From Monocercomonoides exilis PA203 (lineage: Eukaryota; Protista; Preaxostyla), in assembly GCA_001643675.2 (NCBI GenBank), contig LSRY02000004.1, positions 1,612,001-1,676,000 of the forward strand: a DNA stretch of 64,000 nt, in the 5' to 3' direction. A program made the translations under genes and the position numbers. Positions 47,198 through 60,087 of this stretch are shown here, piece after piece (within the stretch, counting starts at the first letter, position 1; every line of letters begins with the position of its first letter). The notes under the pieces were generated by a model, which worked only from the letters and a program-made list of their open reading frames with translations, made no database searches and was not told the DNA's origin.

Positions 47198-47377
47198 GCT
47201 GCAGCAAAAATCAGTTTGGATATGATCTTTTCCTTTTAATTTTTATGGTGCTAGATCGCTATTAATCTTTTGTATTTTGCTTCTTGAAAAAACCTGATTG
47301 CATCAAAGCATGTTTGCCATTGTTTAAATTTTTATTTAAACTGTTTTGAACGAAATGTGCATTTTTCACAGCGACAA
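47198..47377. promoter_or_regulatory. Putative 180-bp bidirectional promoter region
   Basis: Divergent ATGs at 47197 (-) and 47378 (+). No specific motif was identified. Confidence 0.45.
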
Positions 47378-48898
47378 ATGAGTGGTTCGGCTGATTTCGA
47401 TGATTTTGGTGAATCAGAAGAGCTAGATCCATACAATGTTTTTGTCAAGTTTTTGCCGACCTATATTGATGATGCGCATTTGAACATGCTTTTTTCGCAA
47501 TACGGTACCGTTGAATCAGCGAAAGTTATGGTGTGAAACAACAATATTTATTTCTTTTCAATTGCTTTTCAGATTGGACGAAGAACTGGAGAAAGTTTAG
47601 GGATTGGATTTGTCCGATTTTCGCGTACTGAAGAGTCACAGGCTGCAATTCTTGCGCTTAACGGAAAGATTATGGAAGGAAAGGCTTTGATGGTTAAACT
47701 GTCAAATGCTTCAAAAGATCAAGAGCCGGGAGCACCGAATATCAATTTGTATATTAAGCCACTTAAATTTACAACGAACGAAGGTATTGTTTTGAAATCT
47801 TTTCGCAATTCAACCCAATTTTATTTGTATAATAATTTCAGATGAAATCTATCATCTTTTCCAACCATTTGGAATTGTGGACGATGTGAAAATTATGTAT
47901 GATGCAGCTACTCAAAGAAGCAGACAGATAGGATTTGTAAGATTCAGAAGATTGGAAGATGCCATCAGAGCTCAGCGTGCGATGAATGGATATCATCTTG
48001 ATCCGTTGTCTCCACAACTGACTGTACGATTTGCAGAAACAAAAGAAAAGAAAATGGAAAGGACAAAGCAAAAATTGAACAAAGCAGAGAAAAACAATGA
48101 AGCTAATAGAGAAACAAAGGGCATTCAGCAGAATTCCACAGTTCTTTCATCACCTGCATCTTCAAAATTGCCTCATCAGTTTGACAGTCGTCTGTCTTAT
48201 TCGCATGCTCAAAATGCTGCATTTCCGATTTCCTCCTCATCTTCATCTTCTTCACTCTCCTCTTCTGCAACGATTCCTGCAAATGCGGACAGATCCAACA
48301 TTCTGCCATACTCTTCTTCTTCAGATAAAAGTATGAAAAGCTATTCGTCTCAGCAGCCGCTGCAGACGCATATCGAAATAAGCAATTCCATTCCGGCTTA
48401 TCAACAAGCTGCAAGCGCCTTCGAACAGCAGCGGCAGGCTCAGCTTCAGGCAGGCCAGCCATTCGCCGGGAAGTATCTCTACCAGAATGTGTCTATCCAG
48501 CAGGGGCAGCAACTGCAACAGCAGCAGCAGCAGCCTTCGTATGCACAGAGAAGTCATCCAGACAGCACAAGCAAATACGACCAGCCGTCGGAGCTGCAGC
48601 AGAAAGTGGCCAGCGGACAGAGCAGCTTCCACTCTGCTCAGCTGCATCACGCTGCAAATGCCAGCAGTTCTGCATACAACGGACAGTATTTGCAAACTGC
48701 TTCATTCTCTTCTTTTCAAACAAAAATGAATGAAAAACCAGATCAACCAGCAAACACAGGCGAAGTTCCGCTGCTTCCGCTTCCGCTGCATCAGCCACAG
48801 CAGAGCATTCCACAGCCGTTTCACCCAACACGCTATCAAAGCGGAGGCTCACAATATTATCAGCCATCTTTACCACAGTCGCTTCCTTCATCATCTCC

Positions 48899-48976
<78 letters not shown>

Positions 48977-50457
48977 TCCAATACCTTCTTATTCTCCTTC
49001 TTATTCAACTTCGGCACACTCCTCGTTCTCTTCCTCCTTTCAACCTCTCAATCATCACTCTCCCTCTCCTCTTCTTTTTCCTCCTCCGCCTCCTCCTCCA
49101 TTCGCTCACCTTCCTTCTTCTATGCCTTCCTCTTCGGGCCAAATTCCATCGTCTGCTTTGCCTTCATCACTCTCTTCTAATCACATTCAATACACAACTG
49201 ACGCTTCTTCTGGCTACACTCATTTTTCTGCTGTTGGCGCACCGCAAAGCAATCCTCTCCCTCCTCCTTCTTTTCCTTCGTCATCATCATCTTCTTCTTC
49301 ATCTTCATCATCTTCCAGTCAGTTGAATATACCCCAGACACAAGAAACATCCATCCACTCATTTCAGCTTGATCCAAACACACAGCAAAGCAATGCCAAA
49401 TCAGATGTCTCAAACCAAACACCGCTTGAAAGCCAAACTCGCTTCCATCTCTCGCCAAACCCTCAGTTTCAACAGCAGCAGCAGCAACAATTTCAGCTTC
49501 AGATTCAGAATCAAATGCATCTTCCTCCCCCTCAACTCGCCCTGTCATCTCCGGCCACGCCACAATCAACTGCGCCTCCGCCTGACCAAATGCTGCAGAA
49601 GACATTTTCTCCTTCTTTCCTCTCTGGAATGGCCAACAGCTCTTCCTCTTCCTCTTCCTCTTTTTCTTCCTCTTCCTCTGCCCCTTCAGCTGATGCTTCC
49701 TTTTCGAGCATTCTTCCGCTGGCTCCTCTTCTGCCTTCGCAGCAGATGCAAAGCATTTCTATGAATTCTTCTTCAATACAGGGGTTTTATTCATCTTCTA
49801 GTAACAATCAGCAATCGCATTCTTCTTCTTCTTCTTCTTCTTCTTTTCATTCTCTTTCCTCTCCCACACCTTCATTTCCTTCTTCTTCTTCTTCCTCTTC
49901 TTCCTCTTCCTTGTCTGTCTCTGTCCCTCGCAACTCATCTCTCTCTCCTTTCAACACATCTTCCCCTCCCACCCCCTTTCAGCTCATATCCATTGAAAAA
50001 CTGGCAAACAGCATAACTCCTACCTTCTTCCCATCTCTTTCATCGCCTGTACCATCATCATCAGCATCTTCTTCTTCTTCTTCTTCTTCCTCTTCCTCTT
50101 CCTCTTCATCTGCTTCTTATTCTTCTTCTTATTCTTCTTCTGCCTCTCCTTCCATTGCAAACAATACTCGAAATTCGCATTCTGACATGTCTCTTTCACC
50201 CTTTTTGCAGGATGGAATGAGTGTTTCTCCCAATTTCACTGCTAATCCATTGATTGCTTCTTCTTCTTCTTCTGCAGCATCATCAGCCTCAATCTCAAAG
50301 GCAACGACTCCGTCCTCATTGAATTCTTTGTCTGTCACACCTGAACAGTCTTATTCTCTGCTTCAGACTCTGCCTGCCCCTTCTCTAAACAATAAAATGG
50401 TAGAACAAGAACTATCAACTTCATCATCATCTCCTTCTCCTTCTCCTTCTCCTTCTC

Positions 50458-50489
<32 letters not shown>

Positions 50490-51143
50490 CCTTCTCCTTC
50501 TTCTTCGGTTCAACGTGTCCAAACACAAAACTTAATCACTGATGCTTCTTCTTCTTTTCCTCCAGTTTCCACACAAATTCCACGTACAGCCAGCAGACAG
50601 CAATCTGATTCTTCCATTTCTTCCTCTTCCTCATCCTCATCCCAATCTTCTTCCTCTTCCTCCTCTGCTTCCTCCTCCTCTTCCTCTTCTTCTTCTTCAA
50701 CTGCAACTGCAACTTCCTCTTCCTCTTCTGCATCTGCTTCAATTTCAGCTTCAATCTCTTCTTCTCCTCATGCTTCTGCTTCTGCCTCAGCCTCAGCCTC
50801 TTCCCCCATCACCATCCCATTCACTTCTCCTTCCTCTTCCATTTCTGCCTCTGCTTCTTTTTGTTCTTTCTCCCCTCACTCTTCCTCTGATATGCTCCAT
50901 TCTTCATTACTCGAACGCTCATCTTCTCTTTCCTCTTCTTTCTCTCCACGTTCTTCTCCTTCCTCTCCTTCCTCTCCTTCTTCTCCTCTTTCTCACCCAT
51001 CTTGCTCACATTTTGAATCTGTTTCCCCTTCACTCTCAAACTCCTTCGCTGGCACATCTCCGCCTTTTTCTGGCTCTTTCCATTCGCTTCATTCAGATAT
51101 CAACACAAGAATACACAAACATTCTCTTCATCATTCATTGTCC

Positions 51144-51181
<38 letters not shown>

Positions 51182-54119
51182 GCATTCTCAAACAGACTCT
51201 GAAACTCAACGCTCATTCGATTTTGTGACTAGCGCACTCATTCCTTTGTCTCCATTAGCGTCAATCACATCGGCTGCTTCTGCTTTTTCTTTTTCTTCTT
51301 CTGGTTCTTCTTCTTCAGCTGCTGCTTCGGCTTCTTCCATTTCTGCCTCTGTTTCTTTGTCATCTTCAAATAACACTCAACATTCAGAGAGGAAATCTAA
51401 CTCACATGAATCGCCATCAGCACTCACTTTATCCACAACTTCTTCTTTAACAGCATCTGGAAAGAGCGCAAATTCTTCTTCTGCTTCTGCTTCTTCTTCT
51501 TCTTCTATCTCTTCTTCTGCGTCATATGCTTCAGAAAGTGGCTCTAAAGAAACAGAGGAGAAGAAGAATGAGAAGAACGAGAGGAAGAAGAAGAAGAAGA
51601 AGAAGCTGCAGATGTCTGTGTCAGCACATTCAGAATTTTATCAGCACTCAACAAAGGCACAGCAGAGAGAGGCAGAGAAAATAAAGAGAATTGAGAAGGA
51701 GAAGGAGAAAGAATTTGAAGGAGAAGGAAAAGAAGGAGAAGAAAGAAGAAGCGGACAGTATCAACAACAAACTGCAACAATGATGCAAACAGATCAAAAG
51801 TTTGAAGACAATCACAAAACACAGCTGAATAAGGAAAGTACAATTGTTTCAGAAAGTGAAGCAACAAATGCGAAGAATCCATTGAAATCCTATCAAACAA
51901 CAGGAAACATGAAGGATTCATGCAACGAGCTTATAGCAGATAATCAAATAGAAGCATCAGCAGCTAAATCAAACAATTTTGATTCATCTTTTCTTCATTC
52001 GTTCACAGCACATGAATCATCACCTCCAACAGCTTCTCCTCGAATATCCACGTATTTGTCGTCTTCTTTTGACACCTCTTTTCAAAAGGGGGAGGAAGAG
52101 AAGAAGAAGAAACACTCAAAATCGCTCCTTCATCAGCTGCTTCTGCATTCAACATCACACCCGGATCTTCCTCTTCAGTCATTTGATGAGAATTCACAGA
52201 ACAATTTTGAAGGTTTGAATTCTTCTCCTCTTATTAATCTGTCTCCTTCGACATTCACAAGCGCGCCTGCATCATCATCTTCTTCTTCGTCTTCGTCTTC
52301 TTCTTTTCTTCCTCCTCCTCCTTTTGCATCTTCTCCTTTGTCCACTGAAATCTCATCTTCCTCTGATGTAGTATCAGCACAAGCTAGTGAGCTAACCAAT
52401 AACACTTCTTCACCTTCCTCCTCTTCTTCCTCCCCTTCCTCTTCTTCCTCCTCTAAGCATCTGTGGAAGCCGCAGTCTGCCTTCCCTCTTCTCATCAACA
52501 ACTCAAATGCCATCCAATTTGTGCCTCATTCATCTTCTCAGTCTAAGCGATCGTTGAGGCAGCATCACTCACTCCACACAAGAAAATCCTATCAGACATA
52601 CAATTCTCCACAAAGCAGCACAGAACAACACTCAAAACAATTAAAACAGATCAGCCAGGAAGAAGGAAATGGAAGCAAAGAAGAGCGACAGGTGAAGAAT
52701 GGGAAAGAAATGGAAAAGGAAGAACAATATCCAGAACTGTTGCGCACACCACCTCTGTTTCGGAAGCAGCAGCCGATTAATAGTCAATCAAATCCTCTTT
52801 CTCTTTCTCTTTCTCCTCCTTCTTCTCATCCTTCTTCTTCAGGCCTTCCACCATTTCCTCACAGCATGTCTCATTCGAATCTGCACGATGGATATACTCT
52901 TTTCAATCAACACTCTTCTTCTTCTTCTTCTTCCTCCTCCTCCTCCTCCTCTTCCTCCTCCTCCTCTTCTTCTTCTCCGATCAATTCTAATCACACAGCA
53001 ACCTCACCCCAACAAGATTACCATCCAAACATCACTCAAACAGACAAAGCAGACAGAACCCATTTCAATCAGTTAGACAAAGGCAGCTTAAGGCACAAGC
53101 GCCACAACCGCACTCAATCTGTTACACTCTCTCTTTGCAACACAAACTCCCCCTTTTCACTGCAGGCAGACTCAAACCTCGTTTCGGTGCATTCAAATAA
53201 TAAAACAGATGTTTCAAGTTCTGATGCATGTAATTCAAATGAAAAACAAAACAAACAAGAAAAGTCGGAAAAAGCAGAAAAGATAGAAAAATCATTGATT
53301 TCCAAGCAGCATTCATTCAACACAGAATACAACCAGCAATCGCCCACACAGCACCCAATGCATCTGACAGATGTACATCATGATCCATCATTGTCTTCCT
53401 TCGCTTCTTCGTTCTATGCCTCTTCGCCATCCTCCTCTTCTGCAGGCTCTTTTCTCGTCACCTCTCCCTTTGCAGCTGCTGCTTCCTCTTCATCCGAAGA
53501 TCATATATCTCATTCTCCTGTCATCAACTCTCCTTCTCTCTCTTCCTCCATTTCTCCCGTTTCTCCTTCTTCTCCTGCCTCCTCTTTCCCTTCCTATCAA
53601 TCTCCACATCTTTCAGCTTCATTACGCTCTGCTTCTCCTTCCCTCACGTTTTCACTTATTCCTTCCACACCTGACTCTGCACATTCTTCTCCTTCTTCTC
53701 CTTCATCTCATTCTTCTCGTTCTTCTTCTTCTCCTCCTTCTCCAAAAGTTCATCATGACAGCAATCAAATTAAATCACAAACACATTCTTCTTCCAAACA
53801 CATCCTGTCAACTCCTCCTTCTGCTCCTCAAATGATGGTATTGCCTTCCAATGCCAAAGGCTCTTCACAAAACACAAAGCAGAACTTGTCAAATTTCAAA
53901 GACCATTCATTTGCGTCAAATGAAATGCCTCATGACACTTCCGCCTCTTCCTCTCTTCATCAGGCATCTGTTAGCTCATCAGCACAGATGATTGGAACAA
54001 GAACGAATTCTTCGTTTTCTTCTTCATCCTCTTCGTCAATTATGCCTCGAAATATCACTACATCATCTACATCATCCACATCCTCGTCAACATCTGTTTC
54101 ATCATCTTCTTCGCCTTCT

Positions 54120-54150
<31 letters not shown>

Positions 54151-56567
54151 TCTCCACTCCAAATTCTCATCCGTTCTTCCCATCCAATTTGGACATTCAT
54201 TCACCTCTTTCGCACTCAGCCGGAGCTTCTGTCTCTTTCCACCCTGAAAAGGAAGTTTCTCCTTCTTCTTTGAACCAGTTCAATCCAAAAACAAATCCTT
54301 CTTCTTATTCTTCTTCTTCAAATCAACAAACATTGCAGCAGACACCTGTTTGTCCTCCTCTTTCTTTTCCTTCTCTCAATTTACAAGCAGAAAAGCAGAA
54401 ATTTCCATCTTCTGCCAATAACTTTGCCATTTCTGGTGTTAAACAAACATCAGCAGCATTTAAGATGAACCCAGGAAATGCTCTTCTTCAGCCTCGAATG
54501 TCTCTTCCAGCCACTTCGTTTCCTTCTCCCTTGTCGCTTTTTGATGACTCTCCTTATTCTACAATGGATGCAATACATTCATTATCAAATTCATCGTCTT
54601 CTTCTTCTTCCTCTTCATTCACTCAATCTGCTTTGCCTCGTCTCACAATGTCTAACACTGCCCCTACAACTGATTTCCCCTCTCAGATGCTGATGAGAAA
54701 GCAATTTGGAACAATTGCGCAGAACAATACAGAAAAGAGAAGTATGTTGGAAAGAGAGGGAGGAGAAAAAAGGAAGGAAAGTTTGGATGTTTCTTCATTA
54801 AAGATGAAAGTTGGAGAGGGAAGTGGAAAAGGAAGAGAAAATGGAATAAGTTCAAACACACACAATTCAGACGTATCTGCTGGAGGAGTCATCAAATCTT
54901 GCAGTGAATACAGTTCATCTCCTCATTCTCTCAGCAAGCAAAACGCTTCAGACAATACAACAACGCCTCAATCTCTGAACAACAATCAACAGAATATCAC
55001 ACAAAGACAAGCTGATTCTTTCACTTCAGCTGCAGAAGAAGATATTCACACAGACATACAGAATACCCTGTTGACACTCAAATATCGCCCACACACAGTT
55101 GCCAAGTTTGACACACGCACAATTGATTCAGATGGAGATGAGCTCAGAAACAGCTTGCAACACAATGAATATGACTTTCCTATTCCTCGCCATCGCTCGC
55201 TGCCTCCTGTTGCCTCAATCACTTCATCTGCTTCCAATGCCAACAAAAATAGCAATCAATTCTCTGGTAATTCAAAGACAACTGCAAAAGCTGGAGTGGA
55301 AAATCAAATTTCTTCAATGCTTTCTGCTGATTTATCCGCATCTTCTTCTTTCTCTGCTTCTCATTCTGACACAAAACAGACTCTTCGTTCAGTTGGTCAG
55401 CCGAACCAACATCTTCTTCCATCTACTGATTCATCTCGTTCTCACACAACACACACCTCTTCACCCGATTTAGCTGAAGGCTCATTCCAAACAGAAGGAG
55501 CAATGCATCAGCAGCAGAAGCAGCAGTCAGAAAGAATTCTTCAGTCACCTGTCCCCAGCACAGCCTCTCCGAACACTCTTTCTCTCCTTCTGTCCTCCTC
55601 AGCCACTCCTGAGCTCCTTTCCCAGCCATCAGACAAGTCTCTGTCTCTCATCTCGATGAATGCTGCCTCTCCTTCTGTGTCTCGCTCTTCTCATTCTTCT
55701 CATTCTTCTCTTCCAGCCTCTTCTTCTGTTTCTTTTTCTTCCTCTTCCTCTTCCTCCTCCTCCTTATCCAAAGGCACAATCACTGCCCTTTCTTCAGACA
55801 ATCCCTTGCATGTGCTCTCTACAGACACTCTTTCATCCTCTTTGCCTTTGCCCTCATCTGCAATGGCCGCTGCAACTTCTTCCTCCTCTTCCTCTTCTTC
55901 TTCACAGAACTCCTCTATGCATTCACGCGCCATCACTCCTGCTGCTCTTGTGGCTGCTGGATTGCCTGGCCTTACGACAGTTGCAACGCCTGCTGATGTG
56001 CCGCTGGTGCTGTCAGACATCCAAAGGCAAGTGGAGTCAATTCTAGATGAAGTGGCAGAGGAGAGGAAGGAGAAGAGGAATCAGAAGGAGAAAGAGAAAG
56101 AGAAGGAGAAAGAGAAAGAGAGAGAGAAAGAGAGAGGGAAAAGTGATAGAGGATTGGCAAGGACACAGAAATTGAATGAAAACGAGTGGAAGAAAGAGAG
56201 CGAGACGAAAATTTCACAATTGATGCTTAATCGTTCGGGTGAAGCAAGAAATGAAAATGAAGAAGAAAATGGAGAAGAAGTGGAAGAGGAAGAAGATGAT
56301 GATGAACAAAACATGAATGATGTTATTCAGCAAGATTTTGAAGCAGACAATGAAGAAGATGATGATGGAGAAGAAGAAGAGATAGATGAGGTGGATGTAC
56401 TGGATGTGGGGAATGCAAACGAGAAAGTGATCTTCACAGGGACTTTGTCTTCGCTTATATTTGAGCAGAGAGTGAAGGAGAAAGACGAAGAAAAGAAGAA
56501 AGAGGAGGAAGAAGAAGAAAATGATATTCTTGAGCTGATACGTAGCAAACAGCAGCAAATGCAGTAG
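47378..56567 (+). CDS. RNA-binding protein with two N-terminal RRMs (ELAV/RBMS-like) and a ~2800-aa Ser/Pro/Gln-rich tail; 3 exons (47378-47530, 47573-47783, 47842-56567)
   Basis: In-phase introns of 42 and 58 nt. RRM1 has NVFVKFLP (RNP2) and SLGIGFVRF (RNP1); RRM2 has NLYIKPL and SRQIGFVRF..AQRAMNG..LTVRFA. Acidic/charged C-terminus; TAG stop. Confidence 0.9.
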
Positions 56568-57097
56568 AGATAGAAAGTGATTGAATAGGAAGGCAGCTGA
56601 AGCAAGAAAGATGACAGAAACATTGTTTGGGCAGTTAGTTTTAGAAATTACTTTATTAACTGTTTGTTTTCGTTTTCTTTATTTTGAAAAATGTATTTCG
56701 TATTTCATATTCTTAATTTTCTTTTCTTTGTTTTTTTCTTTTTGAAGAGAATCTCTCGATATTATGTTCTATTGTGAGGATTCATTTTCAAAAATATTAA
56801 GTCTTGTCTTTTATTCTCTATACGGTATTGCGTTATTAGCCATACTTATTGATTTGTGTGAACATATTTGATTTCACATTTCAGTTTTGCATTTTTGATT
56901 TTTATTAAAGTCTTTTTTTTTGCGTGTAATTTCTCGTAATGATATTTCCGATTACAATTTAAACATTATAACTATGACAATATGCTATGTTTTAATAAGA
57001 ACAATTTTTTAAACAGATTTCCAAAAATATTTTTTTAAGCCCATATTCCAGAATTTTTAACAAAAAATTGAAAAATTGAGTTTATTCAACATAAAAG

Positions 57098-59882
57098 ATG
57101 AGTAAAGATAGTTCGCAAGCACAGTCACCTGAAGAAACTGCTATGGTTGATGTAGAACTGGAAATTGTTCATGAAGGAACAGAATATAGTGATCTTCAAA
57201 CAGTATTATAATTTTCTCCTTTTGTGATTTATAGAAATTTCAAACAAATTCAAAAATGCTGTAGATGCTAAGCATAGCTAGGCAGCATCGTGCTATATAT
57301 AATCATCCTAGATTTACATGGGGAACAAAGTGCAGTGTGCATTTTTTATTAAAATTTTAAAAACATAATTTCCTTTCAATATTGTTGGGGAAATAGCTGC
57401 AACTCGTTCTGTGCATATGCCAGTTGATTTTTTCTTGGAAGCGATGAACAAACCTGTTAGTCCTGAAGCCATGGTAAAGAAATGCCATTATAACAATCTT
57501 TTTCCTTCCAGAACACCAGAATCTTTGCGTGTAATTAAATGGCTAACACTACTTGACGGTTTTCATATTTTTGTTCATTTTCTAGAAATATTAGACAAAA
57601 ATTTCCAAAAAGATTATTCATTTATTTATATTGATATTTTTGGCAGATTACGCTGCTTCGTGTTTAATCCACCTTTGAATGAAGAAGAAAGAATTAAAAT
57701 TGAATTACGAAGAGAATGGTTCGAACACATACCACCAGTTCCAAAATCTATATCATTTTCAGCCATATGGTTTCAGCATAATAGCATCTGGGCATTAACA
57801 GGTATGAGACTGTTTGAATTGTAAACATTCATGAATTTTTTTAAAAGACATTGGGCAGATAATTACTTATGGAAAAGAATTAGATGGTTTGTGACTTTTG
57901 TGTGGTCAAAGACATGTACAAATTTTATTTCTAACTTCACTTTTTAATTGTTATTATTTCTTTCAGCTGACGAAGATGAAGAAGCTGGCTGGGCACTTGT
58001 TTGCATCTCATTGTTATTCATTTATAATACTTCATTCATTTTTTAATGCTCCCACATTTTATTTATTCTAATGAACGCGTTCAATTCGTTTGTATTCAAT
58101 TAATTTCAGATGACTCAATCTTCATTTGGTCGTTCATTCTCAACACCCAGACCGCTTGCTCCATCTCGCCATTTCACAGGAAGAAAGCCATTTTCTTCTC
58201 CAACTTCAGGTGAATATCCTTTGGATTCGTCGTCGTCATCATCATCATCTTCTTCTTCTGCTGCTGCTGCTGCTTCTGCTTCTTCAAAAGCATCGGAACC
58301 AGCAGTTCCACAAACCGCACCATTTGTTCCTCCTTCTGGAAAACAAAGCAGCACTTCTTCTGCTTCTGATACGAGTGCTCTTTCTCGATTTGCTTCAACT
58401 GCGCTTTTTGCTTCGTCACTCGGCTTCGGTCGCGTCCAATCTATTTCTCCTGGACTTTGGAGAACATTTATTATATTAGGTGTGACTTTGAGATAGTTCT
58501 ATATGTGAATATGAAAATTTTGCATTTATTTCATAAATTTAATTTTTTTTAATAAATATTTATATTTTTTTTTTATCTCTTGCTTTTCAACCAACTGTCG
58601 TTTCGGGAACTTTTTTTTTCATTTTTTTGTTTCTGTTAGAAAATGGAGCTGTATTTTGTGCTGGGTTTATCTATCATTATCAGCAACACCAGCCATTTAT
58701 ACCTGAAGAAGGACTTGTGGAGCTGACAGATTCTGCCATTTTCTCGCCGACATACTCATCATCGCTTTGTGGAAGGTTGCAGCCAGAGAGAGGGAGATAC
58801 GGACTGTTTGGAGATTCGCACATTGTTCGGTACATAAGTGAAATAGGAGTGTTTATATCAGATGCTGGACTGGTGTTTTTTGACACTCACGAAGGTGTAT
58901 CAGAACTTTTCTTTCAAAAGCAATCTTTGTTCAAAATGTTAATTTACTTTTCTTTCTATTGTTTATTTTCATCCTTTCTTTTTGTTGTGTTATGTTTTCC
59001 TAATAAAATCTGTCTTTGCGTCAGATCGCACAAGACCTGGTCAGCCTCCAGTTTCATCTGCTTCAATTGTTTCCTCTGGCTCTGTTTCGTCTGCTTCGCT
59101 TTCTGTGCTGCGCCATTCGATGATGACTCCTGTGGATCGTGCTGCCTTTTTTGACAACCGCGCAGTGATTGACGCTGCAGCAATGGGAGATAATCCAATC
59201 TCTGCTATTATTTGGCTGTTGGGTGTGATAGTGAAAATTTTCTTGTGTTTAAATGAAAAACTATTCAATTTCATCTTATAATCATGAACGTTTTTTTACA
59301 TAAAACAACAGAAGGTTCAAGGATTATAGCCACGAAATACACACCATAGTTTGTAATATTTTATTATTTCAAATATTTGAAAATTTCTGTTCAATCTTTA
59401 ATTTTTTTTTCTTCAATAATCATTAAAATCATAGCGATACATCGGCTCCAATGATCGCACGAGGATTGCAAGAGAAGATTTTTGATGTTGATTTGAAATT
59501 CGTTGGACCATCTATAGTTTCGATGATGACAGTTATAGATAAGATTTTCATTCTTTTAGGTTTGACTCTATTTTTTGGTCTGTTTCTTAAAGGTTTTTTC
59601 AATTATAATTCGATTATGTTCAAATTCTTACTCTGAAATAATATTTACTGTCGATTTTCTAAACAATGCTAAGACGATGGATCTGTTTATAAGGCAAAAA
59701 CTACATCAAAAGAATTGGAGAACGTGACTGATAAATTCAAAAAGTTCTTTCCATCAAAATCTGAAATGCAACAGACAAAGATAACATGGATAACAAAAAG
59801 AGAACAATACATTTTTATTCTTGGCCATACGAAAAGTGTTAAAAGAGATGCAATGAAAGAAAAGGAGAATACTCCTTCTTGA
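57098..59882 (+). CDS. Multi-exon (~11-12) protein with RCC1/BLIP-II-like beta-propeller repeats
   Basis: Starts at ATG 57098 (MSKDSSQAQSPEE). Spliced segments give HNSIWALTDIGQIITYG, VQSISPGLWRTFIILENGAVFCAG, GVFISDAGLVF and IFILLDDGSVY, a repeating hydrophobic-x-D/E-x-G-x-V pattern. Last exon ends KENTPS-TGA at 59882. Several junctions are tentative. Confidence 0.6.
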
Positions 59883-60087
59883 AAGGCATATTAAGTGAAA
59901 GTTTCAAATAATTATTTACCTGTTAGATAATCTGAAACTCTTCAAAAGGAGATTAGATTTGTTGAACCATTCTCAACTGGACCCTAATTAGCAATTGCTT
60001 TTAACCGTTTTAGTCGTTTTCTTTTAAAGTTTTAGAAAAATAAATTCAAAAAATATGATCAAATCTATAATTTTTTCCTTATGAAAA

